64,000 nucleotides of DNA from Candidatus Krumholzibacteriia bacterium (GTDB taxonomy: Bacteria; Krumholzibacteriota; Krumholzibacteriia; JAJRXK01), in the NCBI GenBank assembly GCA_041484665.1, contig JBGPIA010000011.1:32001-96000 (forward strand). Direction: 5' to 3'. Positions 37,886 through 48,170 of the stretch are shown piece by piece. The notes under the pieces were generated by a model that was given only the letters and a program-made list of their open reading frames with translations, searched no databases and was not told the DNA's origin. The position numbers were made by a program, and so were the translations under genes. Positions within the stretch are counted from its first letter, which is position 1. The number at the start of each line of letters is the position of its first letter.

Positions 37886-40800
37886 CTACTTCAGAAGCAC
37901 CAACCGCTGCGCCTCTCCCGCGGGCTTGCCGTCCAGCGACAGGCGCAGGTAGTAGACGCCACTGGCCACAGGGCGGCCGGAAGCGTCGATCCCCGTCCAG
38001 GCCACCTGATGGGCGCCGGCCGGCAGACGCTCGCCGCCGAGCAACTCCGCCACGCCCCTGCCCCGCACGTCATACAACGCCAGCACGGCGCGACCCGCGC
38101 GGGCCAGGTCGAAGCGGAGCACCGTCGAGGGGTTGAACGGATTGGGTGCGGCCGGGTAGAGCCGCGTCAGCAGCGCAGCAGCTGGCGGCAGCTCCCCGGT
38201 CAAGATCAGCGCACAGGGCGGCCCGTCGATCCCGATCGTCTCCGCGCAGAAGCCCGCCGGCGCGAGCAGGGGCGACGTCTCGTCCAATGCGTAGTTGAAG
38301 GTCAGCGGCTGGCAGTACGCTGGATCGGCGACGAGCACACCGCTGGTGTCCATCCCGCCCGCGCTCATGTTGAACCACACCGGGTGTTGGAAGAGTGCGC
38401 CGCAGTTGAAGCTGAGGTGGCCGGTGAGGCCGCCACCCTCGGCCTGCAGCGGGGCGCCGAGCTGATCGCGGGTAACGATGGTGTAGGCGACATCGAAGAA
38501 GCCGCCCGCGCTGTGCACACCGCCGGCGCCATTGCCGTTGGCGGTGTTGAGGTCCAGGACGCAGTGGCGGACCAGGCAGTTCCCCGCGCTCCCGAACAGC
38601 GCGCCGCCGCGTCCGTCGGCCTCGTTGTCCACGAACAGACAGCTGCGTACCGTTGGCGAACCGCCCAGTACGGCGATCGCTCCGCCGTCCAGATCGGCGC
38701 TGTTGCGGTAGAAGAAGCACCCGTTGAAGGATGGCGTGCCGCCCGTCACGGCCGCGCCGCCACCGCGCTGGTTGGCATGGTTCCGCTCGAAGCGCACGTT
38801 GCGGATGGTGGGGCTCGCGTTGGTCACGAGCAGGCCGGCGCCCTGGGTCGCGCTCCTGCCGCTGAGGGTCACGCCCGCGAGTACCGCCGTAGCGTCGACG
38901 CCATTGGCCGTGACGATCGAGCCGACACCAGCGCCTGTAATGATGACCGCGGCGGGATCGCCCCCCGCCCCTGCGATCTCGACGCCGTTCTCCAACGCGA
39001 CCGACTCGGGATACGTTCCAGGCCGCACGAGCACGCGCGTGCCCGCGCCCACGGCCGCGAGCGCCGCGCCGATCGTCAGGTAGTCGCCACCGCCGAGGCG
39101 ATCGACCACCACCTGATTCACGCCGGGCTCCTGGTTGGCTTCGCCCGGAGTGCGTTGCCCGTACATCAAGACGGTTCCGCCTCCGCAATCGTGCCAATTC
39201 GCGCCGTGGTTGCCCAGGTAGACGGCCAGCCCGTCGGGCACGCGCAGCAGCGCGTCCGCAGGGGCGGCCCCGGGGGCGGGCCCGCCGCCCCATCCCAGCT
39301 GGTCGATCCGCTGGTATTGGTTGTCCGCTGTGATCTTGTACAGATAGAGGACGTTGGCTTGCAGGTTCTGGCTGAACGACCCCAATGCGCCCTGCTGCAG
39401 CAGCTTGATCTGGCCGGGCCCCAGCTGCAGTCCGGCGCCCAGCGTGCTGAGGAAGTTCACCCCATCGCTGAGAGCGAACTGGTTGAGCACGGCCGTGCTT
39501 CCCAGCGGGTTGTACAGCTCCACGTAATCGCTGCCGCCAGTGCTCGTGTAGAGCACCTCGTTGAGCAGGATCGACTGCCCCAGCGCCGGAGCGGGCACGG
39601 TGTTGGTGTTGCCGAAGGTCTGGCTGCCCGCCTCGAAGCTGTCGGCGTCGGGATCGGCGGCGGTGGTCCCCTCGACGCGGCTGACGGTGAATCCGGCCGG
39701 AACCGTCGGCGCGCCGCCTTGGGAGCCGTAGCCGACGATGTCCAGCGCCAGCCCCGTGCCCGAGGGCGGCAGCAGCAGCAGTGTGCCGCCTTCATTGGGC
39801 AGGTCGATCGTCTGCAGTGTGTGCACGAGCAGCCCGCCCGCCGGGATCACGCCGGACAGATCCTCCTCGTCGGGCGAGGGCAGTCCCGGCCCATTGCTCA
39901 GGCGGAAGCCGGTCAGGTCCAGCGGCGCGGTGGAGAGATTGCGGATCTCCACCAGCTCGCCGACCTTGGCCGGCCCGCCCTGCGCTGTTGCGCGCTGCGC
40001 CGCGCCGCCAGCCGGCGGATGATTGGATCTGCCGCCCACTGCCGTGGTCTTGGGCACCCCGCCCGCGGGCGCGAACTCGTTGATGAGCAGATTGGGGAAG
40101 GCGAAGGCCGGACCGGCGTAGAGCGTCGCCAGCGTGGCGGTCTTGGCCGCGGATACGACGCGCACGCCGAAGTAATACGCCGTGTAGCTGACTGCGGTCG
40201 CGTCGGTGAATCGGCGGGGCGATGTCGCCGCCACCTGGGCGATGGCCGGCAGCGCCGAATCGGCGAGCTTGCACGGATCCGTGGAGCGGAGGATCTCGTA
40301 GTGCCCGACCCCGGTCGGAGGCGCGTACGCGCTCCAGTCCAGATCGATGTGTCCGCCGGAGTCGTGGGGGGAGTCCACCGCTGAAAGCTCCGCGGACGCG
40401 TCCACGCACGGCCGCTGCGTGATGCCCCGGGGAGGTCGGTCGTAGAGCGCCTGGGGGACGATCTGCAGCGCGGCTCCGGTCAGGGGGTCGAAGCGCGTGG
40501 TCAGCGGGGGGCTGGCGATCACTGCCCACAGCTCATCGCCCAGGAAGCCGATGTCGTTGTAGCTGTACCAGCCGCTGGCGTCAAGGCCCACGAACGTCGC
40601 CACGAGCGTGTTGCGATCGATGCGGTAGAGACGGGTCTGCTCGTTGGACACAACGTCTGCCAGGCCGTAGAGCACGCCCTGGGGAGAGAAGGCCAGCATT
40701 GTAATCTTCGCGCCCTGCGCCGGGGGCACGAAGCTCAGCACTCCCCGCGAGCTGAGCTCCCCGGTGGCGGGATCGATGGTCACGAGCTCCTGTCCCGTCA

Positions 40801-42532
40801 CGCGTGGCGCAATCGAGTACATCCCGGTGCCGAATGGATCCAGTGCCAGGCCCACCGGCCCGGGACTCAGATTCACGTACGAGACCTGATCGACGCTCAG
40901 CAGCGCGGAATCGATCGTCAGGAGCACCGTCGCGAGGTTGGGGTTCTCGCCCAGCGCGTAGACGCGAGCGTGGAGCGGGTCCGAGGTGATCTGGCGGATG
41001 GTCACGCCGCAGTCCACCGCACCCAAGTCCGTCGCGAGTCCGACCCGCGGCTCCACGGCCAACGCCGAGTAGCACGCCTGCGCTTCGCCGAAGCTCCAGG
41101 CGTTGTAGAGCAGCGGCTGGTCGGTGACGACGAAGTCACCGTCGCTGTCATCGCTGGCGGTCTTGTTGAGCAGATCGCGGGCCAGCACTCTGATGCGCGC
41201 GTGCGCGGAGAGCGGGGTCGTCACCAGCCAGCCCAGCTGGCCGGTGTTGGGGGCTCCCAGCGCCAGCGTCTCGGTGAAATTGACGCCGTCGCGGGCGAGA
41301 CTCACGTCGACGGAGGTCACCAGGTTGTCGTCGGTGGCGCCCCACTGGATCGTCTCGTTGCTGCCCACCCTCCAACCCTCGCCGCCGTTGGGCGCAAGCA
41401 CCTGGACCGCGGGGGTGGCCGAATCGTTGAGACGCGCCCAGCGCAGGTTCAAGCTCGTCTGGTCGTAGTAGAGGATATGGGGCGTGCCGGTCGAGGCGCG
41501 GGCGATGGCGCAATTGGCGCCCCGCCCGGCCTGGGTGTCGGCAAATTGCTTGGTCCACACGTAGCCGTCGAAGTACGCGGTCTTGAGTTTGAGGTTGGTT
41601 GCGTCGTAATAGGCGATGCGCGGGTAGCTGGCCGTGTCCAGGCTCAGCGCCGTGGAGTGGCCCACGTCGCCGCTTGCGTCCACCGTCTCCGTCGCCCAAT
41701 GCCCGGCGCCCACGCGCCGGGCGTACCGCAGATCCCGGCTCGCGGCGTCCCAATAACTCACCTGAGGCACCGAGTTCGCACCGACGGCCAGGCTGCAGTA
41801 CTCGCCCATGGGGCTCGCGGCCGTGCCGGCGTCGATCGTCTCGCTGATCCACCCCGCCCCGGGAGGGCGTGTCGCGTACTTCAGGCTTCCATTCGTTGCG
41901 TCGAAGTAGGCGATGACCGGCTGGTTCCCAACCAGGGCGATCGATGCGTACTTGCCGACGCTGCCGGTCGACGCCACGACCTGCGTGGTCCACGGGGGGG
42001 ACGGGCCGCGCGTCGCCAGCTTCAGGTCTGCCGAGCTCGCGTCGTAGTAGGCGATGTACAATGTCCCGCTCGACGCGCGCGCGAGCGAGCAGTACTGCCC
42101 GACATCAACGAGCGGCGGGTCGTCGACGATTTCTCCGGTCCAGGCGCTCCCGCTCCAGGCAAGGGCCAGCAGGCGCTGGTTGGTGGCGTCGTAGTACGCG
42201 ATGGCGGGGAGGCCGCCGGGCGCGACGATCAGCGAGCAGTACTGGCCCACGCTGCCGGTGGTGGCCAGGGGAGCCGTCGTCCAGCGCACGCCATCGTACG
42301 CACCGAAGTAGAGATCGAGGCTGGATCGCACGTGGTAGGCGGCGTAGAGCTGACCGGCGGTGTCGGCCGCCAGGGAAATGCCGCGGCCGGCGTTGCCCGC
42401 CTGGGCCGTAGCATCCAGGAGGGAATTCGACCAGGCCGCACCCGCCGGGTGAGCTGCCGGCAGCACGGCGCTGGCGGACAGCGCCGACAGCAGGAGCTGC
42501 CAAGGGAGTCGTCGGATACGATTCGGCAACAT
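37886..42532 (-). CDS. Large secreted multidomain protein, paralog with an N-terminal VGxYxSLA/IAYYD propeller
   Basis: True start MLPNRIRRLPWQLLL at 42532; repeated VGQYCSL...IAYYD...LKYA; VLAPNGGE Ig domain; same LTD/beta-helix/FlgD C-terminal part. Confidence 0.9.
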   Translation of the reverse strand: MLPNRIRRLPWQLLLSALSASAVLPAAHPAGAAWSNSLLDATAQAGNAGRGISLAADTAGQLYAAYHVRSSLDLYFGAYDGVRWTTAPLATTGSVGQYCSLIVAPGGLPAIAYYDATNQRLLALAWSGSAWTGEIVDDPPLVDVGQYCSLARASSGTLYIAYYDASSADLKLATRGPSPPWTTQVVASTGSVGKYASIALVGNQPVIAYFDATNGSLKYATRPPGAGWISETIDAGTAASPMGEYCSLAVGANSVPQVSYWDAASRDLRYARRVGAGHWATETVDASGDVGHSTALSLDTASYPRIAYYDATNLKLKTAYFDGYVWTKQFADTQAGRGANCAIARASTGTPHILYYDQTSLNLRWARLNDSATPAVQVLAPNGGEGWRVGSNETIQWGATDDNLVTSVDVSLARDGVNFTETLALGAPNTGQLGWLVTTPLSAHARIRVLARDLLNKTASDDSDGDFVVTDQPLLYNAWSFGEAQACYSALAVEPRVGLATDLGAVDCGVTIRQITSDPLHARVYALGENPNLATVLLTIDSALLSVDQVSYVNLSPGPVGLALDPFGTGMYSIAPRVTGQELVTIDPATGELSSRGVLSFVPPAQGAKITMLAFSPQGVLYGLADVVSNEQTRLYRIDRNTLVATFVGLDASGWYSYNDIGFLGDELWAVIASPPLTTRFDPLTGAALQIVPQALYDRPPRGITQRPCVDASAELSAVDSPHDSGGHIDLDWSAYAPPTGVGHYEILRSTDPCKLADSALPAIAQVAATSPRRFTDATAVSYTAYYFGVRVVSAAKTATLATLYAGPAFAFPNLLINEFAPAGGVPKTTAVGGRSNHPPAGGAAQRATAQGGPAKVGELVEIRNLSTAPLDLTGFRLSNGPGLPSPDEEDLSGVIPAGGLLVHTLQTIDLPNEGGTLLLLPPSGTGLALDIVGYGSQGGAPTVPAGFTVSRVEGTTAADPDADSFEAGSQTFGNTNTVPAPALGQSILLNEVLYTSTGGSDYVELYNPLGSTAVLNQFALSDGVNFLSTLGAGLQLGPGQIKLLQQGALGSFSQNLQANVLYLYKITADNQYQRIDQLGWGGGPAPGAAPADALLRVPDGLAVYLGNHGANWHDCGGGTVLMYGQRTPGEANQEPGVNQVVVDRLGGGDYLTIGAALAAVGAGTRVLVRPGTYPESVALENGVEIAGAGGDPAAVIITGAGVGSIVTANGVDATAVLAGVTLSGRSATQGAGLLVTNASPTIRNVRFERNHANQRGGGAAVTGGTPSFNGCFFYRNSADLDGGAIAVLGGSPTVRSCLFVDNEADGRGGALFGSAGNCLVRHCVLDLNTANGNGAGGVHSAGGFFDVAYTIVTRDQLGAPLQAEGGGLTGHLSFNCGALFQHPVWFNMSAGGMDTSGVLVADPAYCQPLTFNYALDETSPLLAPAGFCAETIGIDGPPCALILTGELPPAAALLTRLYPAAPNPFNPSTVLRFDLARAGRAVLALYDVRGRGVAELLGGERLPAGAHQVAWTGIDASGRPVASGVYYLRLSLDGKPAGEAQRLVLLK

Positions 42533-42746
42533 GGCTCGGGATCGTCCTGCCCGGCGTGGGCGTTTTCGAGGAGAGCTGGGGTTGGGCGGCCCGGGACCAC
42601 GGAGGTCGTCGTATGAGATTCTACCATGTGCCGCAGCCCGGAGCTGGCGCTGTGCCTCTGCCGGGCGGCTCGCGGGGTGCTCTGCGGTCGTGCACCCCTT
42701 GGGACCGGACGCCTGGTCACGGCCGCAGGATCCTGTCCGACACGCG

Positions 42747-42867
42747 TGCGATGCGTGGGCCAGATGGGGACTTTTGCGGCAATATGTCATCAAGCTGTTT
42801 TCTATCAACTGGTTGAGACATCGCTGTGGGCGCCCGCCCGCGCGGTCGTCTCGCAAAATCTGGCGAG
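42747..42867 (-). promoter_or_regulatory. Candidate sigma54 promoter with IHF site and palindromic UAS
   Basis: Minus strand CTGGCCCACGCATCGCA (GG-N10-GC) at 42763-42747; TATCAA-CTGG-TTG matches the IHF consensus at 42803-42815; palindrome ctcgcaaaatctggcgag at 42850-42867. Confidence 0.5.
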
Positions 42868-42916
42868 CCGGTTCCGCGGGGGCCCCGTGGCGCGCGGCCT
42901 GCGCAGTCGGAAGGAC

Positions 42917-44275
42917 ATGGAAGCACCCACTGCGCGCACGCATCGCCACGCGCGGATCGCCCAGGCGACCGAGCTGCTTGGCCTGATCCTGACCGGGAGG
43001 TTGCCAGCCGACCGGCAGATGGACGCCTACTTCCGCGGCCGCCGTCAGATGGGCTCGCGGGACCGGGCGTTCGCCGCCGAGACGGTCTACGGCTGCCTGC
43101 GCCGGGCGCGCACGCTCGAGCAGATCGTCGGGCCGGCGCCGCTGGGGCCGCTCGCGCCGCGGCCAGCGCCACTGCCCACGCCATCCCCCACTCCATCCCC
43201 CGCGCCGCCGCCCGCGGCGGCTTTGGTCGCGGCGTGGCTCCTGGCCTTCGGGGGCTGGACTGCGGGCGACCTGGCCGAGGCGGGCTTTCCGGGCGATGCG
43301 GACGCGCTCGAGGCCCGCGCGCGCGCGTTCGATCCATCGTCACTTCCGTTCGCGGTGCGCGCCGATCTGCCCGATTGGTTGGCGGAGCGCCTGGTCGCCC
43401 AGTGGGGCGAAGCGGAGGCCCTCGCCCTGGCCGAGGCACTCAACCGCCCCGCAACGCTGGACATCCGGGTCAACGCGCTCAAGACCACGCGCGCCGAGCT
43501 GGCGCGGCGCCTGCGCGCAGACGGCGTCGAGATGGAGCCCACGCCGCTCTCGCCGGCCGGCCTGCGCCGCGCCGAGCGCGCGCCGCTGTTCGCGTCCGCG
43601 AGCTTCAAGGACGGCCTCTTCGAGGTGCAGGACGAGGGGAGCCAGCTCGTGTCGCTGCTGGTGGAGCCGCGTCCCCACGACCGCGTGGCCGACTTCTGCG
43701 CGGGGGCGGGGGGCAAGACGCTCCACCTGGGCTCGCTCATGGGCAATACGGGGGTACTGTACGCGGTCGATGTTTCGCCGCGGCGCCTGGCGGAGATCCG
43801 GCCCCGCCTGCGCCGATCGGGGTTGCAGACGGTGCGTGCCTTCCCCATCGAGCACGAGGGCGACCGCCGGCTCAAGCGCCTGCAGGGCAAGCTCGACCGC
43901 GTCCTGGTCGACGCGCCCTGCTCGGGCACGGGGACACTGCGGCGCAATCCCGACATCAAGTGGCGTCCGGTCGACCTGCCTGGGCTGCAGGAGGAGCAGC
44001 AGCGCATCCTCCAGAGCGCCGCTCGCCTGGTGAAGCCTGGCGGACGTCTGGTGTACGCCACCTGCAGCCTGCTGCGCGAGGAGAACGAGGCCGTGGTCGA
44101 CGCGTTTCTCTCCGAGGCCGCAGGGGCGGGGTTCCGCCGCGTGCACGCCGGGGAGATCCTGCGGAGCGCCGGGATCGTGGCGTCCGATCTTGTGACCTCG
44201 CGCGGCGATCTCTGCCTGCTGCCCCACCGCCACGGAACCGACGGATTCTTCGCGGTGGCGCTCGACCGCGGATAG
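42917..44275 (+). CDS. RsmB/NOP (Fmu/Sun) family RNA m5C methyltransferase
   Basis: GSRDR, EVQDEGSQL, DFCAGAGGKT, VLVDAPCSGTG, YATCS, HGTDGFF. Confidence 0.92.
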   Translation: MEAPTARTHRHARIAQATELLGLILTGRLPADRQMDAYFRGRRQMGSRDRAFAAETVYGCLRRARTLEQIVGPAPLGPLAPRPAPLPTPSPTPSPAPPPAAALVAAWLLAFGGWTAGDLAEAGFPGDADALEARARAFDPSSLPFAVRADLPDWLAERLVAQWGEAEALALAEALNRPATLDIRVNALKTTRAELARRLRADGVEMEPTPLSPAGLRRAERAPLFASASFKDGLFEVQDEGSQLVSLLVEPRPHDRVADFCAGAGGKTLHLGSLMGNTGVLYAVDVSPRRLAEIRPRLRRSGLQTVRAFPIEHEGDRRLKRLQGKLDRVLVDAPCSGTGTLRRNPDIKWRPVDLPGLQEEQQRILQSAARLVKPGGRLVYATCSLLREENEAVVDAFLSEAAGAGFRRVHAGEILRSAGIVASDLVTSRGDLCLLPHRHGTDGFFAVALDRG

Positions 44276-44388
44276 CGCGGGTGCTAGCCTGCGCCTGGTC
44301 GTTTTCAACGAACATCGCCGGCCCACGCGAGACCGCGCGCGCCCGCGCAGGTGTCTGGGCCAGGTTTCGGTCAGGAGGAACGGAAGTG

Positions 44389-46650
44389 ATGCGTACGCGA
44401 ATCGTGATCGCGGTGCTCGCCGCGCTCGCCTTGGGTTGCGGTCTGGTTTCCTGCGGGAGCGACGATGGCGGCGGCACCCAACCCCGCACCACCGGGACCA
44501 TCTCCGGGTCGGTGCTGGACAACACCAACGCTCAACCCATCGCGGGTGCGACGGCCACCCTGGAGCCTGCCGCGCCCAAGCTCGCCGCGGCGGCGGCCAG
44601 CGTCGTGACCGGGGCCGACGGAAGTTTCCGCTTCAACGACGTCGCCCCCGGCACCTACGACGTGGTGGTCGATGCGCGCACCGTCCTGGTGTCTGCGGGC
44701 AATCCCAACGTCCACTACGCGCTGTTCCGCATCCCCGGCAACGCGGTGACCGCCGGGCAGGACGTGGTGATCTCAAGGCCGGTCTTCATGCCACACATCG
44801 ACGCGACCCAGGCCGCGCAGATCACCGACAACACCGCCGCCAACGTGCAACCCCTGTCGATCCCCGGGCTGTCGCTGCAGCTCGCGGCGGGGGCGACGAC
44901 GTTTCCCGGCGGCGGCAAGAGCGGCGAGCTGTCGATCGTGGAGATCCCCCTCGATCGCGCACCGGTGAGCCTGCCCGCGGGCATGGCCCCCACGTTGCTG
45001 TTCCAGGTCGAGCCCGCAGGGACGACGTTCTCCCCGGCGGCGACGCTGACTCTCCCCAATCGTGAAGCGTTGCCGGCCGGCCGCCACCTGGGCCTGTTGT
45101 CGTTCAACCCCGCGAGCGGGCAATTCGGGCTCAGCGCCCGCGGACTGGTCGCGCAGGATGGCCAGCACATCACTTCGGTGGCGGGCACGGGCACCGGCGG
45201 GATCACGACGGCGTCGTTGCACGCCGCGGTGTGCGACTCGCACGTGGTGAGCGGCTGCGTCAAGGACCAGGGCCAGCAAGCGATCGCTGGAGCGCGCGTG
45301 GAGATCCTCAGCGGCACCAATACCTCCGACGGAGGGCGTCTGGTGGTGACGGGGGCGACCGCGACGACGGACGCCTTGGGCAATTATTCGATTCCCGGGG
45401 TGCGGGTGTGCAACGTCTGGGTGCGTGCGACCCTGGCCAGCGCGTCCGGCTCCGGCGTCGCGCAGACGATCGATGCCATCCAGGTCGACGGCACCGGGCA
45501 GACCCACGTTCCCTGCCTGGTGATGACGGTCCAGACCGGCGTGGTGACCTTCAGCGTGTCCGGCCTGGTCCGCACCACCGGCGGCAGTCCCGTCGTCGGA
45601 GCGACCGTGCAGTTCGAAGGCCGCTCATGCATCACAGCGCGCGCGCCGGGCGCGGACTTACAGCGCGACCTCATTTCCGCCATCACCGACGGCGCAGGTC
45701 ATTACCTCCTCGCGAATGTCACGGGGCAGCCCGGAATCGAGTTCCAGCTGTCGGCGTACCAGGTCGCCAACGGCCTGGTCGGCCGCGGGCGGGGAACCGT
45801 ACCGCCGCTGGCGGAGAACGGGTCCACCCTGAACGGCGACATCACGCTGTGCACCGAGCAACAGGCTTTGAGCGCGTGTCCCACCGGCACCTGGACGCTC
45901 ACCAGCAACCAGCTGCACATCGCTCCCGACGCCGCCGCGCTGGTGTGCGACGCGACGGCCCTGGATGTGCCCGATCCGATCACGCTGCAGAGCCTGACCA
46001 GCGGCGTGCTCACGCTCCTGGTGCAGCAAGACCGCGGATGCGGCCCGACGACGGAGACGAACACCTTCACGCGCGTGAAGGGCACCGGCCCCAGCGGACC
46101 GACGGCCGGCAATCTCCCAGGCATCTACCGCCGTACGGCGGTCGATCCGCCCGACCCCGGGACCAGTGAGATCCTCATCCACCTCGGCTCCAACGGCCAA
46201 CTGGGCGTGATCAGCGACGGCAACCAGACGCTCTTCATCGAGGCGGGGATCTACACTCTCTCTGGCAGCCAGCTCACCACCGAGCCAGCGTTCAATACGA
46301 CCGACCCCCAGCCGACCTCCCAGGTGATCACCGTGACGCTCACAGGCAACAGCCTGCACCTGTTGAACGCCGACATCGACATCACCCTGGAGCGGTGCGC
46401 CCAGACCACGGGAACGGGTGTCCAGGGCTACTGGAGCGGTCTCAACGCCACGGAGGTCACCGTCCTCATGATCGGCGTGGAGGAATACGCCGTGACGAGC
46501 CTCGGCTCGCCATCGCCGGCTGCATCCGCGGCGGTCTGGTCCGGTGCGCGGGCATCCGGTGCGGCCTCGCCCACCGCGGCCTCCTCCGGCAAGCCGCGCG
46601 CGCCGCGGCTGCTGAGGATGCCGTGGGGGCTGGCGGACGCGCTCCGCTAG
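44389..46650 (+). CDS. Lipoprotein with carboxypeptidase-regulatory-like (transthyretin-fold) repeats
   Basis: ATG 44389 after AGGAGG; lipobox LVSC; GTISGSVLD...PIAGAT...TGADGSFRF...PGTY repeated three times. Confidence 0.82.
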   Translation: MRTRIVIAVLAALALGCGLVSCGSDDGGGTQPRTTGTISGSVLDNTNAQPIAGATATLEPAAPKLAAAAASVVTGADGSFRFNDVAPGTYDVVVDARTVLVSAGNPNVHYALFRIPGNAVTAGQDVVISRPVFMPHIDATQAAQITDNTAANVQPLSIPGLSLQLAAGATTFPGGGKSGELSIVEIPLDRAPVSLPAGMAPTLLFQVEPAGTTFSPAATLTLPNREALPAGRHLGLLSFNPASGQFGLSARGLVAQDGQHITSVAGTGTGGITTASLHAAVCDSHVVSGCVKDQGQQAIAGARVEILSGTNTSDGGRLVVTGATATTDALGNYSIPGVRVCNVWVRATLASASGSGVAQTIDAIQVDGTGQTHVPCLVMTVQTGVVTFSVSGLVRTTGGSPVVGATVQFEGRSCITARAPGADLQRDLISAITDGAGHYLLANVTGQPGIEFQLSAYQVANGLVGRGRGTVPPLAENGSTLNGDITLCTEQQALSACPTGTWTLTSNQLHIAPDAAALVCDATALDVPDPITLQSLTSGVLTLLVQQDRGCGPTTETNTFTRVKGTGPSGPTAGNLPGIYRRTAVDPPDPGTSEILIHLGSNGQLGVISDGNQTLFIEAGIYTLSGSQLTTEPAFNTTDPQPTSQVITVTLTGNSLHLLNADIDITLERCAQTTGTGVQGYWSGLNATEVTVLMIGVEEYAVTSLGSPSPAASAAVWSGARASGAASPTAASSGKPRAPRLLRMPWGLADALR

Positions 46651-46898
46651 CCGATCGCGCGCAGGTCCCAGGCAGGGGGGGGCGCAGCCGGCGCGTGTTG
46701 GACGTGCGCCGCGAACGCTAGCCAAGCCTGCGACGGGCCTGCTACGCTCTCGCCCGAGGCTGCCGCGACGTGCGCGACGTGCGCGCGGCGCAACGCGCGC
46801 ACCCCGCGCGCCGGCGGCCTCGGGCGAGGCTCCGCCTGCGGCCTTCCCCGGCCGACCACGCAGGCTGTCCTGGCGCACGGCCCGGTCACGGCGAGGTC

Positions 46899-48008
46899 AT
46901 GATGGCGGATCGCCCGACTCCCACCTACTGGGACTACCTCCAGCTCGACCACCTGCTCGACCTGCAGGGCGGTCTCGAGGAGGACGAGGGCCTGCTCATG
47001 CCCGACGAGCTGCACTTCATCATCGTGCACCAGGTCTTCGAGCTGTGGTTCAAGCTGATCCTGCGCGAGCTGCGCCTGGCGCGCGACCATCTGGCAGCGC
47101 CGCGGGTGCCCGAGGAGTCGATCCCCTTCGTCGTGCACCACATGCGCCGCGTGAGCGAGATCCTGGAGCTGGCGGTGGAGCAGTTCCGCGTCATGGAGAC
47201 GCTCACGCCGCAGGATTTCCTCGCGTTTCGCGACAAGCTGACGCCCGCCAGCGGCTTCCAGTCCTACCAGCTGCGCGAGATCGAGATCGTGATGGGGCTG
47301 GGCGAGGAGCAGCGCCCTGACTTCGGCGACGCGCACGCGTTGGATCACATCAAGGAGGTGGCGTCCACCAGCTCCACGGGCCGGATGGCCTGGGCGCGCA
47401 TCGAGCGGGCGCAGCGCGAGGTCACCCTGCGCCAGGCCATGCACGACTGGCTCTACCGCACGCCCATTCAGGGAATCGGGCCCGGCGATCCGGGCGACCC
47501 GGCGGCGGTCGAGCAGTTCCTGGCAGAGTACCTGGCCGCCCACGCGCAACTGCTGCAGCAGCAGGAGGCGCGCCTGCTCGAGTCCGGCACGGGCGAGGCC
47601 GCCGGGTTGCGCGCGCGCTTTGCGCGCAGCGCCGAGCAGGCGCAGGAGTTCCTGCACGCCCTCGACGTGCCGCCGCCGCTGCGCCCGCGCGCGCAGCGCA
47701 TCCGCGCCGGCATCCTGTTCATCGAGTCCTATCGCGAGCTGCCGCTGTTGGCCTGGCCGCGGATCCTGGTGGACACCGCCGTCGAGCTGGACGAGCGGCT
47801 GGTGCTGTGGCGCACGCGCCACGCGCGGATGGTGGAGCGCACGATCGGCCGCCGGATCGGCACGGGCGGCTCCTCGGGCGTGGATTACCTGGATGAGACC
47901 GCGCGGCGGCGGATCTTCCCCGAGCTGTGGACCGTGCGCACGCTGCTCTTGCCGCGGGAGGCTCTGCCGGTCCTGCGGCGGGCGGAGCTGTACGGGTTCG
48001 CGCAGTAG
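46899..48008 (+). CDS. kynA: Tryptophan 2,3-dioxygenase (long form)
   Basis: YWDYLQLDHLL, DELHFIIVHQVFELWFK, PASGFQSYQ, RHARMVERTIG, GTGGSSGVDYL. Confidence 0.93.
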   Translation: MMADRPTPTYWDYLQLDHLLDLQGGLEEDEGLLMPDELHFIIVHQVFELWFKLILRELRLARDHLAAPRVPEESIPFVVHHMRRVSEILELAVEQFRVMETLTPQDFLAFRDKLTPASGFQSYQLREIEIVMGLGEEQRPDFGDAHALDHIKEVASTSSTGRMAWARIERAQREVTLRQAMHDWLYRTPIQGIGPGDPGDPAAVEQFLAEYLAAHAQLLQQQEARLLESGTGEAAGLRARFARSAEQAQEFLHALDVPPPLRPRAQRIRAGILFIESYRELPLLAWPRILVDTAVELDERLVLWRTRHARMVERTIGRRIGTGGSSGVDYLDETARRRIFPELWTVRTLLLPREALPVLRRAELYGFAQ

Positions 48009-48068
48009 GGCCGCGGGCGCGCGGGTGGACGCGTCGCGCGCCTGGCCGGTGGACTCGCTCTGGGAACT

Positions 48069-48084
48069 TTTACGGCGGATTGAC
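48069..48084 (+). promoter_or_regulatory. OmpR-type direct-repeat box TTTAC-N6-TTGAC (copy upstream of the response regulator)
   Basis: tttac-ggcgga-ttgac; the same box occurs twice at 50843-50888. Confidence 0.6.
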
Positions 48085-48170
48085 ATAGAGTCCGGGAGCG
48101 CGCAGCTACGCTGGCGGCGCCCTTGCTTGGGGTTGCCGCGGGGACGGCCATGGTCCGCGCGTCGTGACAC

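Noticed and set aside
46615..46650. MPWGLADALR as another WG sorting tail
   Set aside because: Lacks the S/T before WG and the conserved Lys, and the protein is already a lipoprotein
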